Position numbers and translations under genes: made by a program. From positions 32,001-96,000 of IMG/VR virus record IMGVR_UViG_3300032282_006300: a stretch of DNA of 64,000 nucleotides, one strand, 5' to 3'. Under the pieces are notes generated by a model. The model saw nothing but the letters and a program-made list of their open reading frames with translations, searched no databases and was not told the DNA's origin. The stretch is from a virus. Positions 45,201-54,354 of the stretch are shown piece after piece (the stretch's first letter is position 1; every line of letters starts with the position of its first letter).

Positions 45201-45613
45201 CCTTCTGTTGACATAGCCCAAATATTTTGCAAACCAATTTGGTTCTGGGCCAATAAAATAAGATGCTGATATCCGTGTTGCAATTCCTTTTGTTGTTCCT
45301 TTTGCTTTTCTACTGCAATCTCGTGCTCACGCTTAGTGGCAAACTCTTTAACGGCAGGTCGCGGTAAAGGGCGAACAATACGGTCATTTACAAAATATGC
45401 CTCAATGCCAAAAATGGGCTTGAGGCCAAAACTGTCTGCAACTTTTTGCAATTGGGGGTGACCGGCGCATGTGCCGTGGTCTGTTATGGCAAAAGCATTC
45501 TGGCCGTTCTTTTTGACCTGCTCTGCGATCTCAGCAATTTTAGAAAGTCCATCAAGTGGACTGTATTCACTGTGAGTGTGAAGGTGTACGAAACTCATAT
45601 TCTCATCCATCAT
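42212..45613 (-). CDS. dnaE: DNA polymerase III alpha subunit
   Basis: FVHLHTHSEYS.LDG, GPGRGSGGGSLVAY, PDFDVDF, KHAAGVVI, YSFNRAH, OB fold. Confidence 0.97.
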   Translation of the reverse strand: MMDENMSFVHLHTHSEYSPLDGLSKIAEIAEQVKKNGQNAFAITDHGTCAGHPQLQKVADSFGLKPIFGIEAYFVNDRIVRPLPRPAVKEFATKREHEIAVEKQKEQQKELQHGYQHLILLAQNQIGLQNIWAMSTEGYREGFYYRPRIDWDTLERHSEGVIVSTACLRGPLSVPILAGDEDTTRANLARLLNIFDDRLYLEIHSNQLEKQFVVNKALVGLSREFKVPLVAVVDSHYPTHEHKQSHDVWIACQTNKDVNDERELFGEDLHAYLQTEEEVRNNLSYLDQDAVDEAIANTQRIADMCEAKMVTKKTTPTYSKVGGTDRDAERLVDMCLESWEKKTEGKRESQEIYIQRFEREAKLLIDKNFCGYFLMVADYCRWAKEQGILVGPGRGSGGGSLVAYLMGITGIDPVESDLLFERFLTEGRTSLPDFDVDFPASKKAELLSYVSSRYGEDHVVTVGTHLRLKSKGVVKDVARALKSTLPSNYFPDIEAFSKFVEEAERGTAGLGLPWDELWSVHETELSVYRQKYPELFDMSDALVGRLKTYGKHAAGVVISTEEPLTGTLPLRNGDDENGQMVAEWDMEALEEQGLIKFDLLTLRSLDTLQETIDLIKENHGEIINFDKWGAKEYENSDVWEMISAGQTKGLFQIETTLGTQYSKKMRPCNLAELADLITLVRPGPMNSGLTDLYLKRRDGDIPVEFPDPRLAQVLSKTYGALIYQEDIMQTCMILANYDSNEADGVRKILGKKKVDEVEAAGKEFVSRAVENGMNKVQAEALWSQMAEFAKYSFNRAHAYGYAILAYWCAWLKYNYPIEFLSGVFSTVDKTRIPEFVKEAQKLGIDVLPPDINQSKSGFRAIGNSVLYGIDSVKGIGPAAVENIVKNQPYFSWEDFEERSGANSAVGFLLAKIGAFDALVPNRRALVKMLEDKKAGLDKRCISKSDVLNEHNLPCSFDWASEPVPVNPRNGKVLKPKAPPKRCSLACRNYTAPDLILAEDLSNYSKVEIRHIEEELLGIYLTSTPFEVFDPEHRAVLRDAAEKAQMAFTGSFVVGGILSRVSFTKTSKGDPMAFCTLDTESDSVDFAIFPGNFRQYQQYLTKGELFVVEIKKTEKGATMQSLMPLKIEEQYAAS

Positions 45614-45620
45614 TAGTGGG

Positions 45621-45671
45621 GGCTAACCCTATCCCCGCAAGCATAACACACAAGCAGGGATAGGGGAAGCC
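45621..45671 (-). terminator. Hairpin between SSB and dnaE
   Basis: CCCTATCCC...GGGATAGGG. Confidence 0.5.
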
Positions 45672-45677
45672 TATCCA

Positions 45678-46625
45678 CTAATCAATTTCGGGGCGGTAGC
45701 CCTTCATGCGCTCGCGGATGCTGGCCAACTTGTCTGTGTCCACATCGTTGGTGGCTTCTACTTCTTCCGTTACGGAAACGACCACATCAACTGCAGGAGC
45801 AGGCTTGCTGGTAACAATGCCTCCGGGAACAAAATAGCGATCATAGTATTCATCGCTGGCGCGGTATCCGACAATCTCCGGCAAGGAAATCTTCTGTTCG
45901 GTCAAAGCGGTTTCGTAACGCTTCCAACCTTCAGATCCTGGCTTCAGTTTGCTTTCATCCTGGCGAATGAAAGTGTAAGAGGTGTCAATACTGCTACCGT
46001 CACGACGAACAATGAAATCGCGATCAAGAATAGATCCGGTTTCTTGGTAGATGGCATCAAGGTTCTTGAAAAAAGTACCCAAAGCCTGATTGATGACAAC
46101 AATGCGTGGTTCAATGCGAATCTCGCCAGAAGGCTTGCCATCTGGACCATAGACTTCTACTTCGCGCATTGCATCAGTAAACCCAATTGGCTTACCCTTC
46201 ATCTTTTCGCCACCGAGTTCTTCGGTGCCATCACCAAGTACACGCTCGCGAACAACAGCCAACGCCCAAATGCGGGACTTCGGCTTGGGAGTGTTGCCCC
46301 AATTGTCCTTGAGGTTATCTACGTTCTGGCAGATGTAGCACTCGTCGTAAATGCCATTGAATGCGCCATCAAGACGACACACAGAAGACATTGAAGACGG
46401 CCACTTGCCGGTGTAACCAGCAGGTGGGTTGGTGGTGGGAACAGACATGTGCATGTTCACGTTGATCAGTTCATCACCTTCGGTGATAAAACGCATACCT
46501 GTTGACTCGCCATCCTTCAGACTGAAGAACTCGAGTCGTGGTGAGAAAGACTTGGTTTTGGCGGACGAAGTCTGCGTAATACCTCGGTTGAAATTTGGTG
46601 CGGTTTCTAACTCAGTTGCGGTCAT
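45678..46625 (-). CDS. Single-stranded DNA-binding protein (gp32-like)
   Basis: FFSLKDGE...RF, H..C..C..C, RDF.V.R.G...DT.Y; acidic tail; location. Confidence 0.7.
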   Translation of the reverse strand: MTATELETAPNFNRGITQTSSAKTKSFSPRLEFFSLKDGESTGMRFITEGDELINVNMHMSVPTTNPPAGYTGKWPSSMSSVCRLDGAFNGIYDECYICQNVDNLKDNWGNTPKPKSRIWALAVVRERVLGDGTEELGGEKMKGKPIGFTDAMREVEVYGPDGKPSGEIRIEPRIVVINQALGTFFKNLDAIYQETGSILDRDFIVRRDGSSIDTSYTFIRQDESKLKPGSEGWKRYETALTEQKISLPEIVGYRASDEYYDRYFVPGGIVTSKPAPAVDVVVSVTEEVEATNDVDTDKLASIRERMKGYRPEID

Positions 46626-46657
46626 GATATTCCTTCATTTTTAGACAGATTGAATCA

Positions 46658-47554
46658 CTATTGGTTGTTGATTTGGATCAACTGACTGGCTGCCGTTGAT
46701 GCCATCTTCTCGTCAATCGTACCAGTAAAAAGGCTCTCTGACAAGAAGACTACCCAAACATTATTAACTTTTTTTATGGTCCAGTATGGGGCTTCAGCGT
46801 CTCCACGCCACCCTACACCAAAATGGAGGATAGCACCTTCTTTGACCAAATTGGCGTGGACGGCCCTTTGCCACAAGGCTAAGGGCTTTTCTATGATGGC
46901 AATGGATTTCCACAGATAATAAGCATAATCCCACCCTTCTTCAAAACCCTCAAATTCATCTTCAGGCTCATCGGGAGTTTCTTCTGTTTCGGAAACCTCT
47001 TCCGGCCCCTCAACGGGCTCTTCATCTTCAACGTCAAAACCTTGTTCGTTCAAGACATCTTTAGCGGAAACGTCTTGTCCGTCTTTTTGCCTTTTATTGG
47101 CTTCTTTTTGGGCGGCTTGTTTGATTTCTTCTTGGATGTATGGATCATTCATGTACCTTTGACCCAAAGGTGTGGCATCGTATTCACGACGAATTTCGGG
47201 ATTGATCAATTGCTTAAAAGCGTTTGTGATCATGGGTGAAGAATGTCCATTGATTTCAGTAAAAAATTCACGCAATTCTTTTTTTGTTGCGCGATAATTT
47301 TTAACACCCAACAAACCGTAATAACTATTTACGTCCCAAATGATTGTCGGGTGCAACATCAATTCAGTTACGGTAGAACAAGTTTCCGGCCCGTTGCCTA
47401 CCAACAAAGGATTGATGGTATGGCCAAGTACGATAGTGCTTTCTCTCGCACTACCGTAAGTTCCTTGATCTATATTTTTCTTGGAGCGACCATGTAACCA
47501 AGGTTCATAGGCGTCAATAAAATCTTCAAGATCAAGGGCGGGACGGAAACCCAT
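46658..47554 (-). CDS. Degenerate DnaJ-domain protein
   Basis: YYGLLGV...AT.KEL...AF..L..PE.RREYD; HPD absent. Confidence 0.7.
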   Translation of the reverse strand: MGFRPALDLEDFIDAYEPWLHGRSKKNIDQGTYGSARESTIVLGHTINPLLVGNGPETCSTVTELMLHPTIIWDVNSYYGLLGVKNYRATKKELREFFTEINGHSSPMITNAFKQLINPEIRREYDATPLGQRYMNDPYIQEEIKQAAQKEANKRQKDGQDVSAKDVLNEQGFDVEDEEPVEGPEEVSETEETPDEPEDEFEGFEEGWDYAYYLWKSIAIIEKPLALWQRAVHANLVKEGAILHFGVGWRGDAEAPYWTIKKVNNVWVVFLSESLFTGTIDEKMASTAASQLIQINNQ

Positions 47555-47679
47555 TAATCTTGCTCCTCAAACTTGTTTTCTTCAGAAAGTTCTGCCTCAT
47601 CTTTAGCAGTCCAATCTTTATCTGTCTTGGGCTCTTCTTCTTTAAGAATTTGGCCAGTTCCATGTTTACGCAACGCCAC
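47554..47679 (-). CDS. 41-aa acidic protein
   Basis: Not in ORF track. GTG after GGAGG; MALRKHGTGQILKEEEPK...; TAATG-coupled. Confidence 0.6.
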   Translation of the reverse strand: MALRKHGTGQILKEEEPKTDKDWTAKDEAELSEENKFEEQD

Positions 47680-48784
47680 GGTCAATCACCTCCGAACATT
47701 TTCCATTATGAACAATTTTCTCGCAAATGTGGCACAAAAGTTCTTTCGGCGGTTGCCAAACAGAATAAGGCAAAGCCAATTCAATCAAACCTTTGACCCA
47801 ATTTGTATCTAAGTCGGCGGGATCTGCGTTGTATGGATTATCTACGACAAGAACGTTTGTAAATGGAGCAAGTTTTTCTGCCATACCTTCTTTGCGGTAA
47901 CGACCTTTTCCTGAACCTTGTACGGCAGTCCATCCGGCTACATCGTTATCCATCCAGAGCACAACATTGGAAAATTTCTTCAATAGCCTAATCTGCTCAT
48001 TGCTTACAGATGCACCGAAAGTAGAAACAATGTTGGGGATCTCTGGATAATGGCGGATAACGCTCATGGGGGATTCAACTACCACCACGGTATCAAAAGT
48101 ATCGTCATAATTGAACAAAGTTTGTTCTTTGGGAAAATCTGGGCTATTGAGATACTTAGGCGTTCCGTCATCTAAAAGACGACGTGTTTGCCACCCAACA
48201 AGTTCTTTGTTCCAAATGTGGGGAATGATGATCCGCTCACTTGTTTTGTTGGCGCCCACACGGTAATCGTGCGCGTAACCAATCAAAAAATGTTTGTAAG
48301 TTTCTTCATCAATGCCACGACCCCCATCTTCAACTGGGTCTGTCATGTATGGGTGGATAAACATCCACGGTTCAAGAACCTTTTTTGAATAACGAGGAAT
48401 AGGTGCTTTTTCTTTTTTGTCTTCCGCGTACAGAGCATCAAACAATTTAAGCAAATCCGGCAACTCCATGACTTGCCCGTTAAGGCCCGTAGTCTTGTTA
48501 AACCATTCCCGCGCTTCAACAATTGTTTCGTGACGCAACGACGCAACAAACCAAAGCAGACTTCCACTAGCCTGACAACCAAGACACTTGTATGCCAACT
48601 TGTGGTAGTTGATTGATCCGGTCGGGTTCTTATCCTGATCTTTGTGTATGCCAAAAGGACAAGGAACGTGCATCTCGCCCTTATTGGTAATACGAACAAC
48701 AGGAATACTGAACTCTTCCAACAAAGTCTCGCAAAGAGTTTGCTTCTCGCTATCCGGTAAATTAACCGGAGCGAACACCTTCAT
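47666..48784 (-). CDS. dnaG: DNA primase
   Basis: CPF..H...C..C, RIIIP, PKYLNSP, TOPRIM VVVES / MDND.AG. Confidence 0.92.
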   Translation of the reverse strand: MKVFAPVNLPDSEKQTLCETLLEEFSIPVVRITNKGEMHVPCPFGIHKDQDKNPTGSINYHKLAYKCLGCQASGSLLWFVASLRHETIVEAREWFNKTTGLNGQVMELPDLLKLFDALYAEDKKEKAPIPRYSKKVLEPWMFIHPYMTDPVEDGGRGIDEETYKHFLIGYAHDYRVGANKTSERIIIPHIWNKELVGWQTRRLLDDGTPKYLNSPDFPKEQTLFNYDDTFDTVVVVESPMSVIRHYPEIPNIVSTFGASVSNEQIRLLKKFSNVVLWMDNDVAGWTAVQGSGKGRYRKEGMAEKLAPFTNVLVVDNPYNADPADLDTNWVKGLIELALPYSVWQPPKELLCHICEKIVHNGKCSEVIDRGVA

Positions 48785-48939
48785 TAGTTGTCCTTCGGCT
48801 CTTGTTCGGGCAGATACCCCTCATATTCGCTGATCGTACCGTATGGGTCAAACATCTCATTTTCATGGCAATCTAAGCACAACCCAAGGTCGTTCGTTCT
48901 GGATACTTTTCCGCACCCATCGCAATAGGGACGGCTCAT
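48784..48939 (-). CDS. Small Zn-finger protein
   Basis: MSRPYCDGC...CLDC behind GGAGG. Confidence 0.6.
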   Translation of the reverse strand: MSRPYCDGCGKVSRTNDLGLCLDCHENEMFDPYGTISEYEGYLPEQEPKDN

Positions 48940-51002
48940 GCTACAACCTCCGGTAATTCGATCAAACATACATCAGTGGTACAGAAAGCCTCTCCTATCG
49001 CTTCCTCAATCTTGTCGCCCTCATACAGGGCTGACATGTCTACGCGCTTTAGAGAGCCTTCTGAGGCCTCGTAAGAGGCACTATCTAGTTGTCCGTAAGG
49101 CAACTGAACGTAAGCCCCCTCCATCATCGGAAGGAATGAGATCGTCTTGAGTTGGCCGTCATGCATGTGCAGGAGCGTGCCGACGTGCTCACCTTCGGTT
49201 TCAGGGTCAAAGGAGACCGTTACCGAGACCGAGTTGTCTGACCAATAACGCTGAGCCAAGACTGCAAGGTTGGCCTTTTCAAAAATCGTTACATCCTTCT
49301 CGCTCCTCTTAGCCTTGGAGTGGATCGGAAAATAAGCGACCATTGTGTTTATGGGATCAGTTACGTCTGGCTCCAAATTGTACTTGGCCTTCTTCAAAGC
49401 CGCGACCAAAGGATCGTTGACACTCAAACGCATGGCTCGCAGGAAGTACTCTCCACCCGGAGACCAGTGGACTCCAGGGGATTCTCCAGCAAGGATGCTG
49501 ACGGTTCCCGAAGGCTTGACTGTCGTGACCTTGACGGACTCGCGAACGCACAGCCATTCGGAATAGGTCTTGTCGTAGTACCGAACTGTTTCATAGCCGG
49601 TATTCAGCCAGTTACGAAGTTCAGTCATTCCTCGGGCATCAGCAAAATTTGCAATACCTGAAGCGCTGGTTCCAATTCGACGGTTGCGTTGCATGATTGC
49701 ATTGGTCTTGTCCCAATGAGTCGGGAGCAAGGTAACGGTCTTGGCGTACATGAATGCGACCTTGAGGGTCTTCTTGTAATCGTCAAGATTCTCGTGACGG
49801 TTCAAGAACGTCTCCACAAGCGTACACATCTCGTAAGACTCTAAAGATTGTTCGGCGCAAGGATTGTAGCCAGCCACTCGAGCGTCTGCGTTCGTAGGAG
49901 GATCAATCAAACGACCATATTTACGAGATACGTCCATCCAGATAACACCGGGTTCACCGTTACGCTTGATTCCGTCAATGATTGGTGCAAGGTCTTGACC
50001 TACTCCAACTTCTACCGAGTTATTGGACATCCAACCCCAACTGCGTCGGTAATAAGACGGACCTTCTGAAACGTATTCGTAAGTATTCGGATCTTGCTGA
50101 CCGAAGTTTTTCAAATCCAAGAAATCTGGATCATCAATGGAGCCGATCAACAATTCGGCACTACGGCGAACGTTGCCAGAAACAACACACACACCAATCA
50201 AGTTTCCAATATCGGCAATATCGTTTCGCGTAAGCAATTGGCCTTCTCGTCCATCAAAAATATTGCAAATTTCATCGTGCAAACGCTTAAGAGGATCTGA
50301 GCCAGCGGCTGTTCCACCGAATGTTTTGATCGGTTCTCCGGCGGGGCGAATTAAGGTGTAGCCAAACCCAACTGGGTGCTTGCCGTGAACCAAATAAGAG
50401 TTGATTAGCAAACGGACGCTTTCTACCCAACCTTCGCGAGTGTCGGGGATTTCATAAATCTCTTTATCGCCTTCGGGCTTAAGAATTTCAAATTCGCGAT
50501 CAGCACCCTTGGCATCAAAACCAACACCAACACCAAGCATTGAGGCTTCCATCAAAAAGCAAAGAGGTTGCGCTGGGTCTAGACGAGTCATATCGCCTGT
50601 AGAAACAAAAGCGCAATTCTGGAGAGCCGCGGAATTCTTCTGTTCGTTAACCAACTCAGTACCCATGACCCAAAGACCACGACCGGGAGGAGTCCACTTA
50701 AACGAGAACAAACGCTCATAAGCATCTTGCGCAGTCTTCTGCGCCTTGTTGTCATTCCACGGAAGACGGTTCGTCTTAGCGTGATCTTTTTGAATGGAAA
50801 ACATTCCCTCAATTACACGACGACAAGTTTCATGCCAACGTTCCTTAGTTCCATCCGGTTTAATACGACTATACGTTCTGATAAACGTAATTTCTCCAAG
50901 ACTGTTTCCACCGGCGTCGGTGAAACCCCAATCCACTGGTCGTTCCGTATATGAATCAATAAAATTATCCGGAAGTGTAAAACTAAGAATCCCCGATGTC
51001 AC
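48936..51002 (-). CDS. nrdJ: Class II (B12-dependent) ribonucleotide reductase
   Basis: RTYSR, PPGRGLW, NCAF, GNVRRSAE, NPCAE, TTVKPSGT, C-terminal CTTDVC; start moved to GTG 51002. Confidence 0.95.
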   Translation of the reverse strand: MTSGILSFTLPDNFIDSYTERPVDWGFTDAGGNSLGEITFIRTYSRIKPDGTKERWHETCRRVIEGMFSIQKDHAKTNRLPWNDNKAQKTAQDAYERLFSFKWTPPGRGLWVMGTELVNEQKNSAALQNCAFVSTGDMTRLDPAQPLCFLMEASMLGVGVGFDAKGADREFEILKPEGDKEIYEIPDTREGWVESVRLLINSYLVHGKHPVGFGYTLIRPAGEPIKTFGGTAAGSDPLKRLHDEICNIFDGREGQLLTRNDIADIGNLIGVCVVSGNVRRSAELLIGSIDDPDFLDLKNFGQQDPNTYEYVSEGPSYYRRSWGWMSNNSVEVGVGQDLAPIIDGIKRNGEPGVIWMDVSRKYGRLIDPPTNADARVAGYNPCAEQSLESYEMCTLVETFLNRHENLDDYKKTLKVAFMYAKTVTLLPTHWDKTNAIMQRNRRIGTSASGIANFADARGMTELRNWLNTGYETVRYYDKTYSEWLCVRESVKVTTVKPSGTVSILAGESPGVHWSPGGEYFLRAMRLSVNDPLVAALKKAKYNLEPDVTDPINTMVAYFPIHSKAKRSEKDVTIFEKANLAVLAQRYWSDNSVSVTVSFDPETEGEHVGTLLHMHDGQLKTISFLPMMEGAYVQLPYGQLDSASYEASEGSLKRVDMSALYEGDKIEEAIGEAFCTTDVCLIELPEVVA

Positions 51003-52312
51003 AGTAGTATTGCCTCTCTCATAGCGTTGATAATTCCTTGTGGCGTTCGCCAATCCATTTCCCATGCTCGCAAATCTTCTCGCCTTGAAGCAAGAATTTG
51101 CAATGTTGCCTGAAAAACTTCTCTCTGTATATTACTCTGATAAAGCGAAAAAACCCAATCGGCGGCACGTTCAACTTCTGCGCCTTCCGCAAGCATATAC
51201 ATCTCAAACTTTCCTGTTTTTTCTGCGGCTTTAACACCTTCACGGTTGATCTGATGTGCTAAAACGCAAGGCATTTGATCTCGTCCTGTTGAGATGATTT
51301 GTTTTAACTCGCGCATAATGTCACCAATTACAACATGACGACTGCGGTTAGCATTCGGGTTTGGGTGTTCAACAAAAGTAAGTTGATCAATGATGAGACT
51401 TTGTGCTCCGAGAGTTTGTGCTTCACGGTACATAGATTCCGGCGTACGACGGCCGGGTTCTGGACTAATGATTCGCAAATTCTCTTTCAATTTTGGCAAT
51501 TCATCATTTTGATACCAACGTACTCGCTCTTTATCTTCAGCAGAAAGATTTCCTCGTTGCCAATCTCGGCTATTGAGGCCAAGAGCAAAACAAACCAAAC
51601 GGTCCACTGTCATTTCAATAGAGTTTTCCAAAGTAAACAAAGCCACAACCCGACCACGCATTGCCTCTTGCAAAGCAACGTAGTTCAAAAAGTAAGACTT
51701 GCCTGTTTTGGGCGGAGCCGCGACGACTGCGAGTTCTCCATCGTGAATTCCAAAAGTGTGAATGTCCACCAAAGGAATTCCAAAAGTTAAACCTCTGCTT
51801 GTGTTGCCTGCAATCTCTCGGCCTTCATAAAGGTTAAAACTCTCAGAAAAAATGTCTGCAAAATCCACACTGCGGTGACGAGGTTGCATATTCAAAGACA
51901 AATTCATCAAGCCGTCAATTTGCTCGTTGAGAACACGGATGCGATCAGGTGCCGAAGCAGAAGACATTGCCATAGCGGCGCTTTTTTGCCACTGCTGATA
52001 CGTGTAATGAACATACTGGCTCTTTAAATGGTCAATAGCCCATTCAATGTTGTCAACCTGTTCATTTTCTGCCGGTACTTCAATCTCTGCATCTTCAAGA
52101 TGTTGTTGCCAAACAGACATCAATGCGTTGCGAGAAGGTGCTTGTGTCCTACCTGATTCAAAGAAACGATCTAAAGACCAGGAAACTACGGGACGCAAGG
52201 CTTCAGTTGGGATGCACTCTAGATCCAAACCTTCTTTAACCAAAGACTCAAGGGAGTCAGTGTCAAAAAGGGATGCAACAAGGGCGACTTCAGCCGTATT
52301 GCTCATGCCCAC
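50999..52312 (-). CDS. dnaB: DnaB-like replicative helicase
   Basis: AAPPKTGKS, FTLEN, IIDQL, HQINR, E..AD. Confidence 0.92.
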   Translation of the reverse strand: MGMSNTAEVALVASLFDTDSLESLVKEGLDLECIPTEALRPVVSWSLDRFFESGRTQAPSRNALMSVWQQHLEDAEIEVPAENEQVDNIEWAIDHLKSQYVHYTYQQWQKSAAMAMSSASAPDRIRVLNEQIDGLMNLSLNMQPRHRSVDFADIFSESFNLYEGREIAGNTSRGLTFGIPLVDIHTFGIHDGELAVVAAPPKTGKSYFLNYVALQEAMRGRVVALFTLENSIEMTVDRLVCFALGLNSRDWQRGNLSAEDKERVRWYQNDELPKLKENLRIISPEPGRRTPESMYREAQTLGAQSLIIDQLTFVEHPNPNANRSRHVVIGDIMRELKQIISTGRDQMPCVLAHQINREGVKAAEKTGKFEMYMLAEGAEVERAADWVFSLYQSNIQREVFQATLQILASRREDLRAWEMDWRTPQGIINAMREAILL

Positions 52313-53166
52313 CTCAATGGTTCGACGATTTCGGGATTTTTGTTTTTCATTTCTTCGCTCATGGTTGCACGGAAATCTTTTCCAGTCATGCAGATAAAAT
52401 CAGAAGATCCTGTAAGCCTTGAAATGATGTGCTTCTTGTACTTCTGTTCTAACTGTTCTGGCCTTAAATTCGTGGTCATCAATGTTGGAAGACCTGAGTT
52501 AATACGATTCTGGATAACAATGTCAAGTCCATCAATGACTGAAGACTTTGAACGGTTCTCGGATTCAATACCAATGTCGTCAATAATGAGGACTTGGCAA
52601 CTTGCGGCTTTCTTATAAAACCAGTCTCGGTCTTCGGCATCGCTCCAACCTTCCGCAAATGCGTCAAGCATCCGCGTAAAGGGAAAGAAGTATCCATCAA
52701 AGCCATTGACCATCAAACCTTTAAGAATCAAAGTTGCCAACAAAGTTTTGCCAACTCCATTGTTTCCGTAAAGAATGAGTCCACGACCGTTAGAAACATT
52801 CGCGTGGCAATTTTCAAGATACTCTAAAGCCGCCTGAGCCGCTTCAACATCAACCGCCTTCAGATCAGACCAAGACTTCTTTTGGTAATCAACGCCGATA
52901 CCGGCATTGGTAAACCAAAGAGACAAAATCATTTGCTCTAGGCAGTTGCAGTTGTACTCCACAACTTCGCCTTCAACAAGAGTCTTGAACCAGCCCTTGC
53001 CACCACAGGTGAGGCAAGTCTGTGAACGAGAACACCAAAGGGATTGGTTTTTTCGTCGAAGTCGTTCAAGTTCTGGATCGGTAATGATTCGTACTGTGGG
53101 CGGGTTGGGTGGCAACGTAAGTCGCTCTGACACCGATTCTCCGTTCGTAGTTGTTTGGCGGAACAC
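52303..53166 (-). CDS. DnaC/IstB-like helicase loader ATPase
   Basis: CLTC..CNC, GNNGVGKT, LIIDDIG, TTNL, SRL, GKDFR. Confidence 0.88.
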   Translation of the reverse strand: MFRQTTTNGESVSERLTLPPNPPTVRIITDPELERLRRKNQSLWCSRSQTCLTCGGKGWFKTLVEGEVVEYNCNCLEQMILSLWFTNAGIGVDYQKKSWSDLKAVDVEAAQAALEYLENCHANVSNGRGLILYGNNGVGKTLLATLILKGLMVNGFDGYFFPFTRMLDAFAEGWSDAEDRDWFYKKAASCQVLIIDDIGIESENRSKSSVIDGLDIVIQNRINSGLPTLMTTNLRPEQLEQKYKKHIISRLTGSSDFICMTGKDFRATMSEEMKNKNPEIVEPLRWA

Positions 53167-53184
53167 TACAACACACTAACACAT

Positions 53185-53508
53185 TTATTCTTCAGCGCGT
53201 CCAAAAAACTCTTTTTCACAAAATTTCCAGAAAGGTTCTGCCACAGGAGTAACATTTTCAAGCGTTTCTCGGTCTTCTTGAAAAAGAAACTGGTTTGTAA
53301 TTTCTAATAGTTCTACGTTGGTTTTGTGAATTATGTGAGTCGTGCCACTTTTATTGACAACAAGCCAATTGTATGCATCCATGCCGGAAAGGTATCCCTC
53401 AAAGGCAGATCCTGATGTAAATTTAAATTTTATAAGTTGGCCTTCAATTGCGGCCCTAGCCATTTGCTTTTCTGAAACATACGAACCAGTTTTCTTAATA
53501 GCCACAAT
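53185..53508 (-). CDS. Sm/LSm-like fold hypothetical protein
   Basis: F.SG..FEGYL.G.D.Y..LV...IIHK.NV; start placed after the terminator (approximate). Confidence 0.55.
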   Translation of the reverse strand: MVAIKKTGSYVSEKQMARAAIEGQLIKFKFTSGSAFEGYLSGMDAYNWLVVNKSGTTHIIHKTNVELLEITNQFLFQEDRETLENVTPVAEPFWKFCEKEFFGRAEE

Positions 53509-53518
53509 CAAGCCTTTC

Positions 53519-53564
53519 AAAAAAAGACCCCGCATTATTCCGAGCCAGCGAGAATAATGCGGGG
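53519..53564 (-). terminator. Intrinsic terminator
   Basis: 13-bp stem CCCCGCATTATTC/GAATAATGCGGGG followed by T-run. Confidence 0.8.
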
Positions 53565-53632
53565 TAACGTTTATTCATTTACTCAATGACTGCGCCCAAT
53601 CGTAGTGGCGTTTTTATATTTTGTAAAATCGG

Positions 53633-54268
53633 TTAGTACCAATGGTGTGATTGCCAATGGGCAAAGGCTCCGCAAGGAGATCCATAACGACTTTTAATGT
53701 AACCCAAACCCCATTTGATTTGGGTAGCAGCATTAGTTCGCCAATCACTTCCTGCAGATGCCATCTTACTGCCCGGCAAAGATTGAGGAATACCGAAGGA
53801 TCCCCCATTAGGACTTCCTGAGCGGATACTCCAACCGGACTCGTGATACCAGAGTTTCTTCAAGCAGACCCATTGTCTGCCAGTCCAACCACGCTTGGAG
53901 GCCTGAGCCTTGCCGATGCGCTGATTCTTGCCACAAGCCTGAGTCCAGTCTTCCCAAGACTTACACTTGGAACGTGCCTTAGAATGGCTCTGTTGGCTTT
54001 TAACAGCCTTTTTAGAGACAGCCTTGTGCTTCTTAACCGGATTAGCCTTATTGGCCTTTTTCTTAACAACGACCGTTTTGGCCTTTACCTTTTTCTTTGG
54101 ATGCTTTTTTACCAGCACTTTATGAGCCCCCGCCGTAGCCTTGGGTGCTTGTGATACCTCTGGAGCAGGGGCTTTAGAACACCCTTGCAAGGCAATCACG
54201 GGAATTAAAAAAACCGTCGCTAAGAATCTAGCAACGGCTCGTTTGTTCGGCCTTGTATGGCTTACCAA
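53633..54268 (-). CDS. Lytic transglycosylase (SLT-like), probable lipoprotein
   Basis: CL..LW.HESGW, GIPQSLPG.KM, TQIKWGLGYIKSRYG.PC.A; ALQGC; start moved to TTG 54268 behind GGAAGGA. Confidence 0.85.
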   Translation of the reverse strand: MVSHTRPNKRAVARFLATVFLIPVIALQGCSKAPAPEVSQAPKATAGAHKVLVKKHPKKKVKAKTVVVKKKANKANPVKKHKAVSKKAVKSQQSHSKARSKCKSWEDWTQACGKNQRIGKAQASKRGWTGRQWVCLKKLWYHESGWSIRSGSPNGGSFGIPQSLPGSKMASAGSDWRTNAATQIKWGLGYIKSRYGSPCGAFAHWQSHHWY

Positions 54269-54354
54269 CTGTATATCCTTCCGTAGCAACCGTGGCGGCG
54301 ATTGCGGCGATGAGACACGTTGCTGGCTTGCAACACTCTCTTTACAAGAATCTA

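Noticed and set aside
34238-52312. Inteins or introns in terL, recA, dnaE, nrdJ, dnaB
   Set aside because: Lengths are ordinary and no splice-junction or homing endonuclease motifs were seen
54270-54350. c-di-AMP riboswitch before the transglycosylase
   Set aside because: Only a small hairpin; conserved ydaO motifs not seen
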